From Thermaerobacter marianensis (lineage in GTDB: Bacteria; Bacillota; Sulfobacillia; DVGY01): a DNA stretch of 64,000 nt. The notes under the pieces are model-generated. The model ran no database searches. It saw nothing but the letters and a program-made list of their open reading frames with translations, and had not been told where the DNA came from. Positions 48,421-59,289 of this stretch are shown here, one piece after another (position 1 is the stretch's first letter; each line of letters opens with the position of its first letter). The DNA lies in the NCBI GenBank assembly GCA_020724425.1, contig DYGY01000003.1, positions 65,233 to 129,232 on the forward strand. The letters run 5' to 3'. The position numbers and the translations under genes are program-made.

Positions 48421-49653
48421 TTAAGACAAAGTACTTACCAGCTCTTTTGGGTCAAACAGTAACTTATATATCTCAACAGCATGCCGATCTGTCATCCCTG
48501 CAATATAATCACACACAATCCTCTCTAAAGATCTGTGAGGATAAAGCTCATAGGTTACAGCAGGTAACATTTTCGGCTCATCCATAAAGGCCTTAAAGAG
48601 TTCCCTAATAATTCTCCTCCCTTTATGTTCCATACGCATTATCCCTGGTTCACTATAAACATGACGCAAGAGAAACTCTTTTAGAATGTTAACCTCTTCC
48701 ATCCTTGCCGGACTTAACTCTACCAAAACACTATCAGACTCTCTTACATCAACTAACGACTTTATATCCCCTCTTTCCAAAAGCTTAAGAGAGTATGACA
48801 CAACATCCCTAATGAGGATATCAATTAGCTTCCGAATTGTTTCTCGCTGTCTGATCTTCTTAATACCTAAAAGTCTATTAGTCTCCTTTTCAACCATCAC
48901 TAACTCACTGGCTTCCTGCCATAACTGCAAGTCATCAAGATCACTCTCCCTTAAAAACCCTACCCGTAGAGCATCCTCTATTTCATGAGTACAGTATGCA
49001 ATCATATCTGCTACAGTCACAACCTGTGCCTCAAGAGTCGGTTGTCTATATATTGAAAACTCCTCTATCATACTAGAACCACTAAAAACACCATCATGCC
49101 TGACAATACCTTCCCGTACCTCCCAACTCAGGTTAATGCCCGGTCTAGACATATATCTCTCTTCCAATTCATCAACAATTCTCAAAGCCTGTAAATTATG
49201 ATCAAATCCTGTATCAGTCATTAGCTTATCTAGTTCCAACTCACCAGCATTACCAAAAGGGGGATAGCCAATATCATGAACAAGAGCAATTGCCTCCACT
49301 AGATGCTCATTAAGTCGTAATTGGGCAGCAATGCTTCTAGCTATTTGAGTAACTTCCAGAGAATGGGTCATCCTTGTTCGATAGAAATCACCTTCGTGCA
49401 ACAAAAACACCTGAGTCTTATACTGCAATCTATGAAAAGCTGTAGAGTGCAAAACCCTATCCCTATCCCTTTCAAAAGGTAACCTATGATCATTATCCTC
49501 TTCCTTTTGCAACCTTCCTAGGGTATCACTGCTCTTACATGCGTATCTTGCCAACATCATACTCTCAAGGTTTGCTCTCTCTCTTCTTTTTGCAGTTGAA
49601 TAGATTCCAGTCATGAATGATACCCCTTTCTCAGAGAATATACAGGGAAACAA
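48421..49653 (-). CDS. dGTPase-like HD-domain deoxynucleoside triphosphate triphosphohydrolase
   Basis: FERDRDRVLHSTAFHRLQYKTQVF and HSLEV...HDIG HD motif. The start may be MTGIY (49614). Confidence 0.8.
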   Translation of the reverse strand: MFPCIFSEKGVSFMTGIYSTAKRRERANLESMMLARYACKSSDTLGRLQKEEDNDHRLPFERDRDRVLHSTAFHRLQYKTQVFLLHEGDFYRTRMTHSLEVTQIARSIAAQLRLNEHLVEAIALVHDIGYPPFGNAGELELDKLMTDTGFDHNLQALRIVDELEERYMSRPGINLSWEVREGIVRHDGVFSGSSMIEEFSIYRQPTLEAQVVTVADMIAYCTHEIEDALRVGFLRESDLDDLQLWQEASELVMVEKETNRLLGIKKIRQRETIRKLIDILIRDVVSYSLKLLERGDIKSLVDVRESDSVLVELSPARMEEVNILKEFLLRHVYSEPGIMRMEHKGRRIIRELFKAFMDEPKMLPAVTYELYPHRSLERIVCDYIAGMTDRHAVEIYKLLFDPKELVSTLS

Positions 49654-49693
49654 TATTAGAATACAGAAATATATTTACAAAAGGAGTGATATA

Positions 49694-50248
49694 ATGAAGA
49701 TTCAAGAAATATTGAAAACTCAGCCAGAAACCAATGAAACCTTGGCCACCATCCTTAATCGTTCTAGTTGCCGTCGCTTTACCAGTCAAGAACTCACATC
49801 AGCAGAAATACATACCCTACTACTTACCATGCAAAGAGCACCATCAGCCGGAAATAGGCAACCCTGGCACTTCTACATCATATTTAATCAGGAGATTAAA
49901 GAAAAACTTGTAGAAGCATCCCATGGACAAAAGTTTCTAGCAGATGCTCCAGTAGTTTTTGCCATCACTGCCAAGCCTTCAGAATCAGCGGCTCGTTATG
50001 GTGACAGAGGAGCCGAGCTATATTCAATCCAAGATACAGCTGCAGCAATACAAAACCTAATGCTCGCAGCAGAATCCCTGGGGTTATGTAGCTGCTGGGT
50101 AGGTGCCTTTGATGACCAAACCGTAGTAGAAATACTCAACCTAGATGAACAAAGACCAGTAGCTCTGATTCCAATAGGACATCGTGAAGGCAAAACAGTG
50201 ATGACAAAACGGAAACCACTAGAAGAAATAACTACAATACTTGATTAA
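49694..50248 (+). CDS. Nitroreductase-family flavoprotein
   Basis: RSSCRRFT, SAGNRQPWHFY motifs; AAGGAG SD. Confidence 0.75.
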   Translation: MKIQEILKTQPETNETLATILNRSSCRRFTSQELTSAEIHTLLLTMQRAPSAGNRQPWHFYIIFNQEIKEKLVEASHGQKFLADAPVVFAITAKPSESAARYGDRGAELYSIQDTAAAIQNLMLAAESLGLCSCWVGAFDDQTVVEILNLDEQRPVALIPIGHREGKTVMTKRKPLEEITTILD

Positions 50249-50256
50249 TATGTTAA

Positions 50257-50279
50257 AAGGGTCATCCAAGATGACCCTT
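50257..50279. terminator. Bidirectional terminator
   Basis: AAGGGTCATC-caa-GATGACCCTT. Confidence 0.75.
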
Positions 50280-50285
50280 CCATAA

Positions 50286-50585
50286 TTAATAAAACCTTTT
50301 CCCACCCACAAACAACCATATTAGTATACCGATTGACACAAGACCATACACATACCAGAACAAATCTGTTAACCCTAAAAGGAATGGCGTGGCCATAGTA
50401 AGTAAGCCTAGAATTATTACCCATATACCGATAAACCTAGTTGCACCTTCAGGATCCTTAGATTTCTTTACAAAACCAGGTGACCAGCTAATTCGATGAT
50501 GTAACCAAACTATCCACCCAATAGCTGCTATCCACAACCCCAGAGTAACCATCACCATTACCCAAAAAATATTCATTGTAAGCAT
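50286..50585 (-). CDS. Small 3-TM membrane protein
   Basis: ORF only; hydrophobic. Confidence 0.4.
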   Translation of the reverse strand: MLTMNIFWVMVMVTLGLWIAAIGWIVWLHHRISWSPGFVKKSKDPEGATRFIGIWVIILGLLTMATPFLLGLTDLFWYVYGLVSIGILIWLFVGGKRFY

Positions 50586-50642
50586 AACCCCAACCCTCCT
50601 TTCATAACCTAACGTTCGGCAAAGTTATCAAAAACCCTGCTC

Positions 50643-51557
50643 CTACAAGTTTTTCTGATACACCCATAACCCATAATCTCTTTTAAATCCCATCTGTTCT
50701 AAGGCATGGAGCATAGGAATATTTTCGGTATCAACATCAGCAAGAACTGTCTTAAGTCCCTCTGCAAACAAAACCTCTAATCCTTTAGCCAACACATCCA
50801 GAACATAACCCTTTCCCCTATGTTTCGGTAGGATACCAATGAAGTTAATAGCACCTTCAGTATGATTGAATACCTGAGGGACCACCAAACCTACTATTTC
50901 TCTATTATAATAAGCTAGTAACCATCTAGACCGATCATAATCTATATCCTTAAGACTCAAGAACATCCTCTTAGCTACCTCCAAGACACCCCTCTCCGAA
51001 ATAGACAAACTATCGTCTCGATCAAGAGTACCCTCCATGACTCTCTCTATAGCTAATATAAATTCATCTTCAGAAACCTCAGCCAGTGAAAGATACTCTA
51101 GTCTATTATCTCCTGCCCTAGACGCTTCCTTCTCAAGCAAAAGACCCACTTTCTGTTGAACCAGAGGAACATCCAGAGAATCAAACAATCTTAACCTTTC
51201 ACTGACATCTTCTGTATAATCTGAATAAATGCGACACTCCAAGTGTTTTGCTCCATAGTCTCTCATCATCTCTATACTTTGATTCATCAACTGCTTTCCC
51301 AAATCAAGAAAGCCTGCCTGTCCCCAGGGTAATTCCAACCCCATCATTTTGATATCCCAGGGAGCATTAGGAAAAACCCAGTAGACTATCCGCCCAACAC
51401 ACTCATCGCTATCCTCAAGAACAAAGCACCACTCTGGTCTGCTTAAACCATCCTGCCATAATTTCAAAAGGTTTTTCTGGCAATCTCCCGAGGGATTTGT
51501 AGATGCTATACTCGCAAACATATCTATCTCACTAGCCTTTATTGATCTCACTCTCAC
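50643..51557 (-). CDS. GNAT-family N-acetyltransferase (tandem GNAT folds)
   Basis: Acetyl-CoA-binding motif LPKHRGKGY in the C-terminal half. Confidence 0.6.
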   Translation of the reverse strand: MRVRSIKASEIDMFASIASTNPSGDCQKNLLKLWQDGLSRPEWCFVLEDSDECVGRIVYWVFPNAPWDIKMMGLELPWGQAGFLDLGKQLMNQSIEMMRDYGAKHLECRIYSDYTEDVSERLRLFDSLDVPLVQQKVGLLLEKEASRAGDNRLEYLSLAEVSEDEFILAIERVMEGTLDRDDSLSISERGVLEVAKRMFLSLKDIDYDRSRWLLAYYNREIVGLVVPQVFNHTEGAINFIGILPKHRGKGYVLDVLAKGLEVLFAEGLKTVLADVDTENIPMLHALEQMGFKRDYGLWVYQKNL

Positions 51558-51570
51558 TAACTAACACCCC

Positions 51571-54500
51571 CTACTTCACTACGGTTTCCTTCTCCTTTTC
51601 AAGATGAATAACATGTTCAGTAATGCTATCAAAGGTATCATCATGACTAATAAGGAAAAGCTGATTAAACTCCGTATTAACCCTCTGGAGAATCTCTGCT
51701 AGATTAAATCTCCTATTTCCATCTAAATTGGTTGTCGGTTCATCAAAGAAACCTAGACCCACACTAGAGAGATTCTTTAAGAGAGCCAACCTTACAGCTA
51801 GGGCAGCAGACATCTGTTCTCCTCCAGACAACTGCTTAAAACTCCTCCGTTTATAGCCTCCACCATTAGATTCAAGAAGCACAACTTCATAATCCATATC
51901 CCAGAGCAGCTGAACATTTTCTTTAGAGATCTGTTGATAATACCTGTTTGCATCAACACTAACATACTGTCTTAAAACATCTGCTATGGGTTCTGCTGCC
52001 TCTCTCAAGAGCTTCCTAGAAAGACTTAACAGTTCCCTTGCTTTCCTCTTTCGTTGAAGAATTTCTTCATCCCTCTTTATTACTTCAAGTATACCTTCCA
52101 TTAGCTCTATCTTTTCTGATAAGGTCGTAATATCATCTAACCTTTCCTCAATCTCTTTTGAAAGAGCACCAATCTTTCCAACTAGATCTTCAATCTCTCT
52201 TTTGAGAAGGATATGGCTCTCTTCTTGATATCTACCAGCTAATACCTCTATTGTCTCTTGTATTTCCTTTAATCGCTTTTCTTCTTTAGCGATTGCCTCT
52301 ATTTGCTTATCTCTTTTACCAAGCAAATCAACCAAGCCGTCTGCCAGAGGTTTCTTCTCTAGATATTTAGAATATATGGATGATAACTCTTGTTTTCGCT
52401 CTTTCCTTTTTCTTAAGTCTGTATTTATGTGCTCACCCTTCTTAATTTCTTCCTCATAAACTCTAACCTGTTTAAGATTATCTTCAAGATTAGCTCTCAG
52501 ATTAGATATCTCTTCTTCAGACTTCCTTTCCATCTCCAATTGGTCAAACAGTCTCTTCTTCTCATTCTGCAGTGAAGTATATCTCTGCTTAAGACTAGCT
52601 TCTTTAGAAGCAACATCCTTTTCTAAAAACCCATAAGCCCTCTCCATAGTCTTTGCTAGTTGTCCAATATCTTCTTGCAGTTTTTCTACATACCTATTTA
52701 GTTCAGACCAAACCCTTGCCTCATCCTCCCAGTCAAGCCCTTTAGATAAGATAACAAATACTAACCTGTCGATAGCCTCCTTAGTCTGCTCAATAACAAG
52801 TATACCTTCTTCAATTTCACCGTTAGTTACGCTTTCTTTTATACCTCTTGCTCTTTTAAGCAGTTCACTATCTGTAAACAAGTGATGTCCCGCCAACAGC
52901 TTTCTTCTTTCTCTTAAAGCAATTTCATGTTCCCTTTTCCTTTTCTGTTCAATCTCTAGTTGCTCTGCTAGAATTCTTAATTCACCGAGTTTTTCTCTTG
53001 CGTTGTCTAAGCCAATTAACTGCTTAAGTGCAGAGATCTCTCCATCTAGATTCTCCAATTCCTTTTCCATGGCAACAAGTGCCTCATCAAAATACTCTGT
53101 TAAGTTATCTCCCTCAATATTCTGACAGGGTTCTTCAAGGAAAGGACAGTTACCACCTTGAGCTTTGCTTTGACTAAACCTGAAAGTATCCATTCTTTCA
53201 GCTAAACGATGTCTTCTTGCTAGCAACTCATTCAATGATTCCTGTTGAGAATCCAAGACATTTACTTCTTCTGCTAACTGTTCTAGACCCATTAACTGAA
53301 TCTCTTTTTCCTTAATGCTAGGGACAATGTGCTGGGTTAACAGGACAATTCCATTCACATATTCATCTATTCCTTTAGAAAGTTCTCTTGAGTCTTCCTT
53401 CCTGGTACCTGCCAACCTGCTAAAGCTATCAATCTCATGAGACCAGCTATCCAAGCGCTCCTTTTCCTTATGAAGCATCCGGTCTTCCTTTTCAAGGTTT
53501 TCTTCGATTTCTTGTATTCCCGTTTCTAATCGTTTGCTATCCTCTTGCAAATGCAGTCTGCTTTCTTCTTTGCTTTTGATTGTCGCCTTAACTTTCTCAG
53601 TACTTTGTTTTAACTCAGCCAAAGAATCTTTCAATCCCTGCCAGACCTGTTGTCTTTCTTCAAGCTCTTCAATGTCCCTTTCTACCCTCAAATATTCCTC
53701 ATAGCCAGGAGCATACTGTTCTAGCTCTATAACAGCGAGTTCCCCACCCCTAACCTCTTCTTGAAGTTCCGCTAATCTCTCAGCTAAGGTCCCTAATCTA
53801 TTAGAAGTCATCTCTTGTTCCTGATAGGCTTTATCCAGTTCAAGTTTAATATTTTCTAGTTCCTTCAGTTCCTGCCGCTTAGTACCCATTTCCTTTTCTA
53901 GCTCAAACCTACCCTTTTCAAGACTTTCTAGTCTGCTCTTTGCTTCCTCATGTTCCTTTATAACTTCATCATAGCCCTCAACTCTTTGCTTTTTGAGAGC
54001 CAAATCCTTGTCAATTTCATGGATGTTCTCATCAAGTTGTCTTTCTGGTGCTCTCAACCTGTCAGCAGCTAATCTATATCCCTCTACCTTCAAAATACCA
54101 TCAAAGGTAGATCTCCTCTTAGAGGGAGTCTCCAGAAAGGGAGCAGTAAATGTGCCCTGAGGTACCCCTATTACATCATGAAAGATATCTGCTAGTATAA
54201 TCTCTTCATCTAGACGCATAATCTGCTTAAGCCAATTAGTAACATCCTCACCACCATGTAACTCAAGCAATTCACTGTCTGTCTCCACATCATAAACAGA
54301 CCAGGAAATCTGCTTGTTTTCAGTAAAGCGCCTCTCCACCCTGTAGACCCAACCATCATCAGCCTCAAACTCAAGAGATATTCTCGCCTGTCTTTCTCCA
54401 TAACGCACTAACTCACCATATCTAAGTTCTCTGCTATCAAACAATACAAAACCTATACTTTCAATAATGGTGGACTTTCCGGCACCATTTACACCATGAA

Positions 54501-54582
54501 TAAAGTTGATTCCCTCAGAAAAATTAATGGTGGCATTACGATAACTCTTCACATTCTCAAGTGTTAATGACCTAATCAACAT
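51571..54582 (-). CDS. sbcC: SbcC/Rad50-like exonuclease ATPase
   Basis: Walker A GVNGAGKST, long coiled coil, CPFLEEPC zinc hook, signature LSGGE, D-loop FFDEPT. Confidence 0.85.
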   Translation of the reverse strand: MLIRSLTLENVKSYRNATINFSEGINFIHGVNGAGKSTIIESIGFVLFDSRELRYGELVRYGERQARISLEFEADDGWVYRVERRFTENKQISWSVYDVETDSELLELHGGEDVTNWLKQIMRLDEEIILADIFHDVIGVPQGTFTAPFLETPSKRRSTFDGILKVEGYRLAADRLRAPERQLDENIHEIDKDLALKKQRVEGYDEVIKEHEEAKSRLESLEKGRFELEKEMGTKRQELKELENIKLELDKAYQEQEMTSNRLGTLAERLAELQEEVRGGELAVIELEQYAPGYEEYLRVERDIEELEERQQVWQGLKDSLAELKQSTEKVKATIKSKEESRLHLQEDSKRLETGIQEIEENLEKEDRMLHKEKERLDSWSHEIDSFSRLAGTRKEDSRELSKGIDEYVNGIVLLTQHIVPSIKEKEIQLMGLEQLAEEVNVLDSQQESLNELLARRHRLAERMDTFRFSQSKAQGGNCPFLEEPCQNIEGDNLTEYFDEALVAMEKELENLDGEISALKQLIGLDNAREKLGELRILAEQLEIEQKRKREHEIALRERRKLLAGHHLFTDSELLKRARGIKESVTNGEIEEGILVIEQTKEAIDRLVFVILSKGLDWEDEARVWSELNRYVEKLQEDIGQLAKTMERAYGFLEKDVASKEASLKQRYTSLQNEKKRLFDQLEMERKSEEEISNLRANLEDNLKQVRVYEEEIKKGEHINTDLRKRKERKQELSSIYSKYLEKKPLADGLVDLLGKRDKQIEAIAKEEKRLKEIQETIEVLAGRYQEESHILLKREIEDLVGKIGALSKEIEERLDDITTLSEKIELMEGILEVIKRDEEILQRKRKARELLSLSRKLLREAAEPIADVLRQYVSVDANRYYQQISKENVQLLWDMDYEVVLLESNGGGYKRRSFKQLSGGEQMSAALAVRLALLKNLSSVGLGFFDEPTTNLDGNRRFNLAEILQRVNTEFNQLFLISHDDTFDSITEHVIHLEKEKETVVK

Positions 54583-55801
54583 CCGCTTGCACCTGCCCCA
54601 CCATCTGTTCTATTAGACCCACAATTTCAGTATCATATCTATCAACAATGGCCATCTCTTTAAGCTGTAATACTAAATCAACCATTCCTTCATCCTCAAT
54701 ACCCTCACGTTCAAGCAGTTGTTTAAGAACATGCTTTTCAATCTCTTGACGGCTCAAACCATGTCCCATCTCCCTACCCAATACAGGCATTCCTACCTCA
54801 TTAGACACTTCACAATGTAGATAACCTTTTTCCTGTTCCAAACGTTTAGCCAAACCCTGAACATCAATTTCAAGAGGATTATATGTTACAACACCCTGCA
54901 GACCTATCTCAGCAATAGCGCCTTTGCCCAAAGGACACTGATTTTCAACAATTAGCATTGCATCTAAAGCAGAAGCAGCTTCACTAACATCTACCCTCAA
55001 ACGTATAGTCTCTCTAGGAGTACTAGGGATAAAGGTAACGGTTGTGCCACTATCAACCAGGACATGAAAGAAACCCTTTGTCTGACCACTCTCACCAATA
55101 TCCCAGTTTTCCGGTGCCCCAGGACTGAAAGCAAGATCCTTCCACACCTGTTTACCATGCCTGTGTCCTAAAGCAAAATACTGAACCCTATCCTCAAGTG
55201 CAGCAAGACTATTAGATGTAATCCAACCTCCACCCATCTCTGCAGCCCTACCACTCTTATCCCCCAAAGCTGCATGAATAGCCAACACAACAAACCTGTC
55301 TGCAGGTGGTTCAAAACTATCAGCTAGCATCTGTAACCGCTGATCACTGGTCGCACCTAAATAGCCAAGACCATAAATTCTCGCCTCTTTAATATCTAGA
55401 TACCCACCCTGTCTTTTTTCTTCATCCCATTCTAGAAACATAAGTTTACCCTCAGCAAATACCGGTTTCAATAAATATATGTAACCCCTATTAGCCAAAA
55501 AAGTTAACCAGGAATCCCTCTCCTGAAAAAACGCCTTATCATGATTACCCTCAATTACTACCACAGGAATATTAGCCGTTTTCAATGGTTCTAACAATCT
55601 CACACTCTCATCAAGAACCTCAGCGGTAATGCTTCTTTTGTCAAAAAAATCTCCACTTATCAGTAGAAAATCCACCCTGTTCTCTAAAGAATATGTAACT
55701 ATATCCCTAAAGGCATCAGCAAAATCCCTAGCCCTTTCCTCTCTATCTATCGGATTACGTCCTAGATGAATATCACCACAGTGTACAAAACTAAAAGCCA
55801 T
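54572..55801 (-). CDS. sbcD: SbcD/Mre11-like nuclease
   Basis: HCGDIHLG, GNHD calcineurin-like phosphoesterase motifs. The start is MAFSFVH with GGGAGGGG SD. Confidence 0.85.
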   Translation of the reverse strand: MAFSFVHCGDIHLGRNPIDREERARDFADAFRDIVTYSLENRVDFLLISGDFFDKRSITAEVLDESVRLLEPLKTANIPVVVIEGNHDKAFFQERDSWLTFLANRGYIYLLKPVFAEGKLMFLEWDEEKRQGGYLDIKEARIYGLGYLGATSDQRLQMLADSFEPPADRFVVLAIHAALGDKSGRAAEMGGGWITSNSLAALEDRVQYFALGHRHGKQVWKDLAFSPGAPENWDIGESGQTKGFFHVLVDSGTTVTFIPSTPRETIRLRVDVSEAASALDAMLIVENQCPLGKGAIAEIGLQGVVTYNPLEIDVQGLAKRLEQEKGYLHCEVSNEVGMPVLGREMGHGLSRQEIEKHVLKQLLEREGIEDEGMVDLVLQLKEMAIVDRYDTEIVGLIEQMVGQVQADVD

Positions 55802-55905
55802 ACTAACCCCTCCCATCTAAAAGATTCTGGCCTTCCACACCCTATTCCTTCACAAAAAAACTGAGGTATCACCTAAATTGGTAATACCTCAGTTTCTGTG
55901 ACAAC

Positions 55906-56223
55906 TCATTTCCTTAAACGCACACCCTCATTTAAAACCCAAACATCATTCACTAGCTTCGCCCTAGAATTACAATGCTGGCAGGTATATGCTTTCACCT
56001 GTTTCTCCACTGAATTCAGCAGGCCACAACCGGGACAATATACCGTTTCTGCTGGGAAAAAATACTGAACCACATAAAGCAAAACACCAGCTAGGAGCAC
56101 CCAACCTCCCTGTCCGGTCAAGAGAAGATAAATGCCAATAATTCCTAAAATACTTCCAGACCACCTAAAATAGATACGCCTTGGTTCCCTTTCGATTGCA
56201 GACTTTGGATGACGCCCCCCCAT
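55906..56223 (-). CDS. Small membrane protein with a C-terminal zinc-ribbon (CPGC...CQHC)
   Basis: Two TM helices plus Cys4 ribbon. Confidence 0.4.
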   Translation of the reverse strand: MGGRHPKSAIEREPRRIYFRWSGSILGIIGIYLLLTGQGGWVLLAGVLLYVVQYFFPAETVYCPGCGLLNSVEKQVKAYTCQHCNSRAKLVNDVWVLNEGVRLRK

Positions 56224-56381
56224 AGAAGCACCCCCTTCTATTCCATATATATGTCACATTGGAGGAATGTATCCATACTCTATATATGGTTAGATATTCC
56301 TTTATGTTTTTCCTGCAATCTCTAGAGGTATTTTAAGTTATTCTGATTAAAAACTCTACTTCAACGACTTTTTTCGTCAAC

Positions 56382-57118
56382 TTATACAGAGACATCCCTT
56401 GAGTGTATGCCTTCAGCAAAAGCTTCAATAGTGGGTCGCATCTTCACAGTAATATACAGACTAAGCGGGAAAAAGAACAAAATAAAGAAAGCATAATGGG
56501 CAATATTAAACAACCATAAAGGCAACACGAAAGCTAGAGGAACAAAGATCACCAAAAACAACCACTGCAACCTAGTCCACTTGGCCAACAACGGTAGAAA
56601 CTCTTCATTAGTGCCAAACTCCCTAGCCTTCTTACCCAAATATAGATAATACAAACCAAAAGCAAGATAATCAAAAGCACCCATCAAAGCAGACAGATAC
56701 TCCGGTATACTAACATTAGCCCAGATATATACCGTAGAACTAACACCAAACATACCAAGAGGCCAGAGGAAATCTACAGAAGAAAACCAGATTAACATAT
56801 CAAAAAGAGCATGCATTAACATGCCCACACCCAACCCCACTGCCAGATAACGATTCTTAAAAGCCATTATCAGCGCAACTAGGACAATAAATAGAATGCT
56901 ATGGGAAAACGTACGATGAAAACCCATAGCAAGCTCAGCATCAAACAAATACGCAGGCCCTAACAAAAAGAAATCCGCATCAGGAATCAAATTCCCTAAC
57001 ACCAAACCCCAGATTAACAACTTTCTGTTTTCTAAACTAACCTTCTTCTTTAAAACCTTGTTCACCGGACCAGCACTAGCCACACCAACAATACCATGCA
57101 AACCAGCTTGTGCCATAT
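56382..57118 (-). CDS. DUF457/YdjM-like membrane-bound metal-dependent hydrolase
   Basis: NLIPDADF, HRTFSHS, HALFD His motifs. The start is reassigned to MAQAGL (57118) to remove the overlap with the upstream gene. Confidence 0.5.
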
Positions 57119-57132
57119 TCTTACACTCCCTT

Positions 57133-58218
57133 CTAGTTTCTGGTGATATTCTCTTTAGCCTTGCCAATTCCTTCAAGCACTTTAGCAATATCATCCTTAG
57201 GAATCCCAGGACAGACATTCCCATCACGGCCAACCATCGTCTCAGAAGCAAACAAAGAATTCAAAACAGACTCTTCAACAGACTCAACCACAGCCTGAAA
57301 AAGCTCATCAAGGATACCTGATGTATTCTCAAGAGTCATAAAAGATTTCAATCTTCCTATAGGATACTGTAAAATCCTTGTGACGGTAGAAAAAGCTATG
57401 ACAATATCCCCACTACCATGACCCACAAAGGATCCCACCCTGCCAAGACCAAGAACAGCTCTCTTGGCTAGTCTCTTTAGCTGCAACTCACTTAAAGGCG
57501 CATCGGTAGCCAAGACAACAATAACTGATCCTTTATCAGCTTCCTTGGGACCTACATAATCTACAGATTGACCGGCCACAACTAAGTGCCCCTTACGACC
57601 AAAGTTAGCAAGAACCATACACCCCACCACATACTCCCCAACAATCCTTGAAGAACTACCAATCCCAGCCTTATAGCCAAAGGCACGCATACCAGTACCC
57701 GCTCCTACAGACCCCTCTAAAACAGGTCCCATACCAGTATTCCTTAAAACCTCCAAAACATGTTCCTCTTTAACATGCCTTCCCTGAATATCATTCAAAA
57801 AACCATCATTACATTCCCCAACGATACAATTAACAGTACTAGTATCAACCCCAATATCAGGATTGTCCTCTAACATATATGTAATTAAAGCATCAGTAGC
57901 TACAGGAACACTAAGGGTGTTAGTAAGGACTATCGGTGTCTCAATCTCCCCTAACTCCTCCACCTGCAAAAGACCCACACTTTTGCCATAACCATTAATG
58001 ACATGCACTGCACCCATCACTTTTTCCCTAAAAAGATTACCTCCATGAGGTTTGATCACTGTAACACCCGTTCTTACAGGCCCCTTACCCCTAACAAGCC
58101 TACCCTCTCCTTCAACTAGGGTAAAATGCCCAACCTCTACACCTAAAACATCAGTGATATCATTTTTTCTACCTACCGGTAGACTTCCTATGCTTATCCC
58201 ATATTCCCTTGCCTTCAT
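57133..58218 (-). CDS. Peptidase S58 (DmpA/ArgJ-fold) L-aminopeptidase/D-esterase-like protein
   Basis: GSLPVGRKNDITDV...GVTVI pattern; putative autoproteolytic G|S-type site. The start is MKAREYG. Confidence 0.65.
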   Translation of the reverse strand: MKAREYGISIGSLPVGRKNDITDVLGVEVGHFTLVEGEGRLVRGKGPVRTGVTVIKPHGGNLFREKVMGAVHVINGYGKSVGLLQVEELGEIETPIVLTNTLSVPVATDALITYMLEDNPDIGVDTSTVNCIVGECNDGFLNDIQGRHVKEEHVLEVLRNTGMGPVLEGSVGAGTGMRAFGYKAGIGSSSRIVGEYVVGCMVLANFGRKGHLVVAGQSVDYVGPKEADKGSVIVVLATDAPLSELQLKRLAKRAVLGLGRVGSFVGHGSGDIVIAFSTVTRILQYPIGRLKSFMTLENTSGILDELFQAVVESVEESVLNSLFASETMVGRDGNVCPGIPKDDIAKVLEGIGKAKENITRN

Positions 58219-58356
58219 CTTCACCACTCCATTACTAAAACGATTATAGCGACAACAAGTGCTAGAACAATAAGCCAAAGGATATTAGCCTCCTGATACT
58301 GTCTAATACGTCTTGCAAACCATTGTCTCATCAAAATACTCCTTTACCTGGGCATG

Positions 58357-59250
58357 CTAAGTGGGGTTCCTCCTACCATTGTCTTTAGCAGCAAGCAGTA
58401 TACCACAGAAGATAAGACCCACTCCTAAAAAATGAACTAGACTAACCTGTTCCTGTAAGAATAGATAAGAAAGGATAATAGTACTTACAGGCATAATACC
58501 CGTAAACACTCCAGCAGTACTAGCTGATACCCTAGATACACCCCTAAACCACAAAACAAAAGCAATCACAGTAACAAAAACACCATAATAGACAATCATT
58601 AGCCACTCACTAATAGCTAAACTTCCTAAATCAAACTGCAACCCCTCATAAATCATAAACGGTAAAACCATTATCAAACCCAACAGACTAACAACGGCAG
58701 TTGTCAACACAGCTGAAATTTCCTCATCTTGAAGTTTCCTAAATAGCGTAAATAGCGACTCACATACAACAGCCAGTAAAATTAACATGTTCCCTAGAAA
58801 TGAAAAATTCCCAATCTCCTGCTGCCCACCCACAACATTAATTATAATAATACCTAAAACACTTAAACTAATACCTAACCATGTAGAGCTAGAAACCCGT
58901 TCACCTAGCAAAAAAACCGACAGCAAAGCTATCATTGCCGGAGTAGTGCTCAAAATAATACCACTTTCAACAGCACTAGTAAGCCTTAACCCATACAGCA
59001 AAAATAGATTAAATAGAAAGACACCAGTCAAAGCCTGCATTCCTAAAATAAGCCACTGTTTCTTGCTAATAAGCAGTATTCTACGCCCTTCAGACCACAA
59101 CACCAAAGGAACTAAAATCATTGTACTTATACCAAGCCTTAAACCTAACAGAAGAAAAATCGGCAGACTAGCCACCAAACTCTTTCCCACCACTACCGAA
59201 CTTCCCACAATAAACATTGCTATACTTAACTCTAAATAAGCTCTATACAC
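58357..59250 (-). CDS. EamA/DMT-family transporter
   Basis: 10-TM duplicated EamA architecture. Confidence 0.75.
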   Translation of the reverse strand: MYRAYLELSIAMFIVGSSVVVGKSLVASLPIFLLLGLRLGISTMILVPLVLWSEGRRILLISKKQWLILGMQALTGVFLFNLFLLYGLRLTSAVESGIILSTTPAMIALLSVFLLGERVSSSTWLGISLSVLGIIIINVVGGQQEIGNFSFLGNMLILLAVVCESLFTLFRKLQDEEISAVLTTAVVSLLGLIMVLPFMIYEGLQFDLGSLAISEWLMIVYYGVFVTVIAFVLWFRGVSRVSASTAGVFTGIMPVSTIILSYLFLQEQVSLVHFLGVGLIFCGILLAAKDNGRRNPT

Positions 59251-59289
59251 AGGTAGTTCACCCCCAAACTACCTTAATCTTAAAATAAT

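Noticed and set aside
48421-49653. dGTPase as an anti-phage nucleotide-depletion defence gene
   Set aside because: It belongs to the short housekeeping dGTPase-like HD family common in Firmicutes. It has housekeeping neighbours (ldcA, nitroreductase, sbcCD) and no defence-island context.
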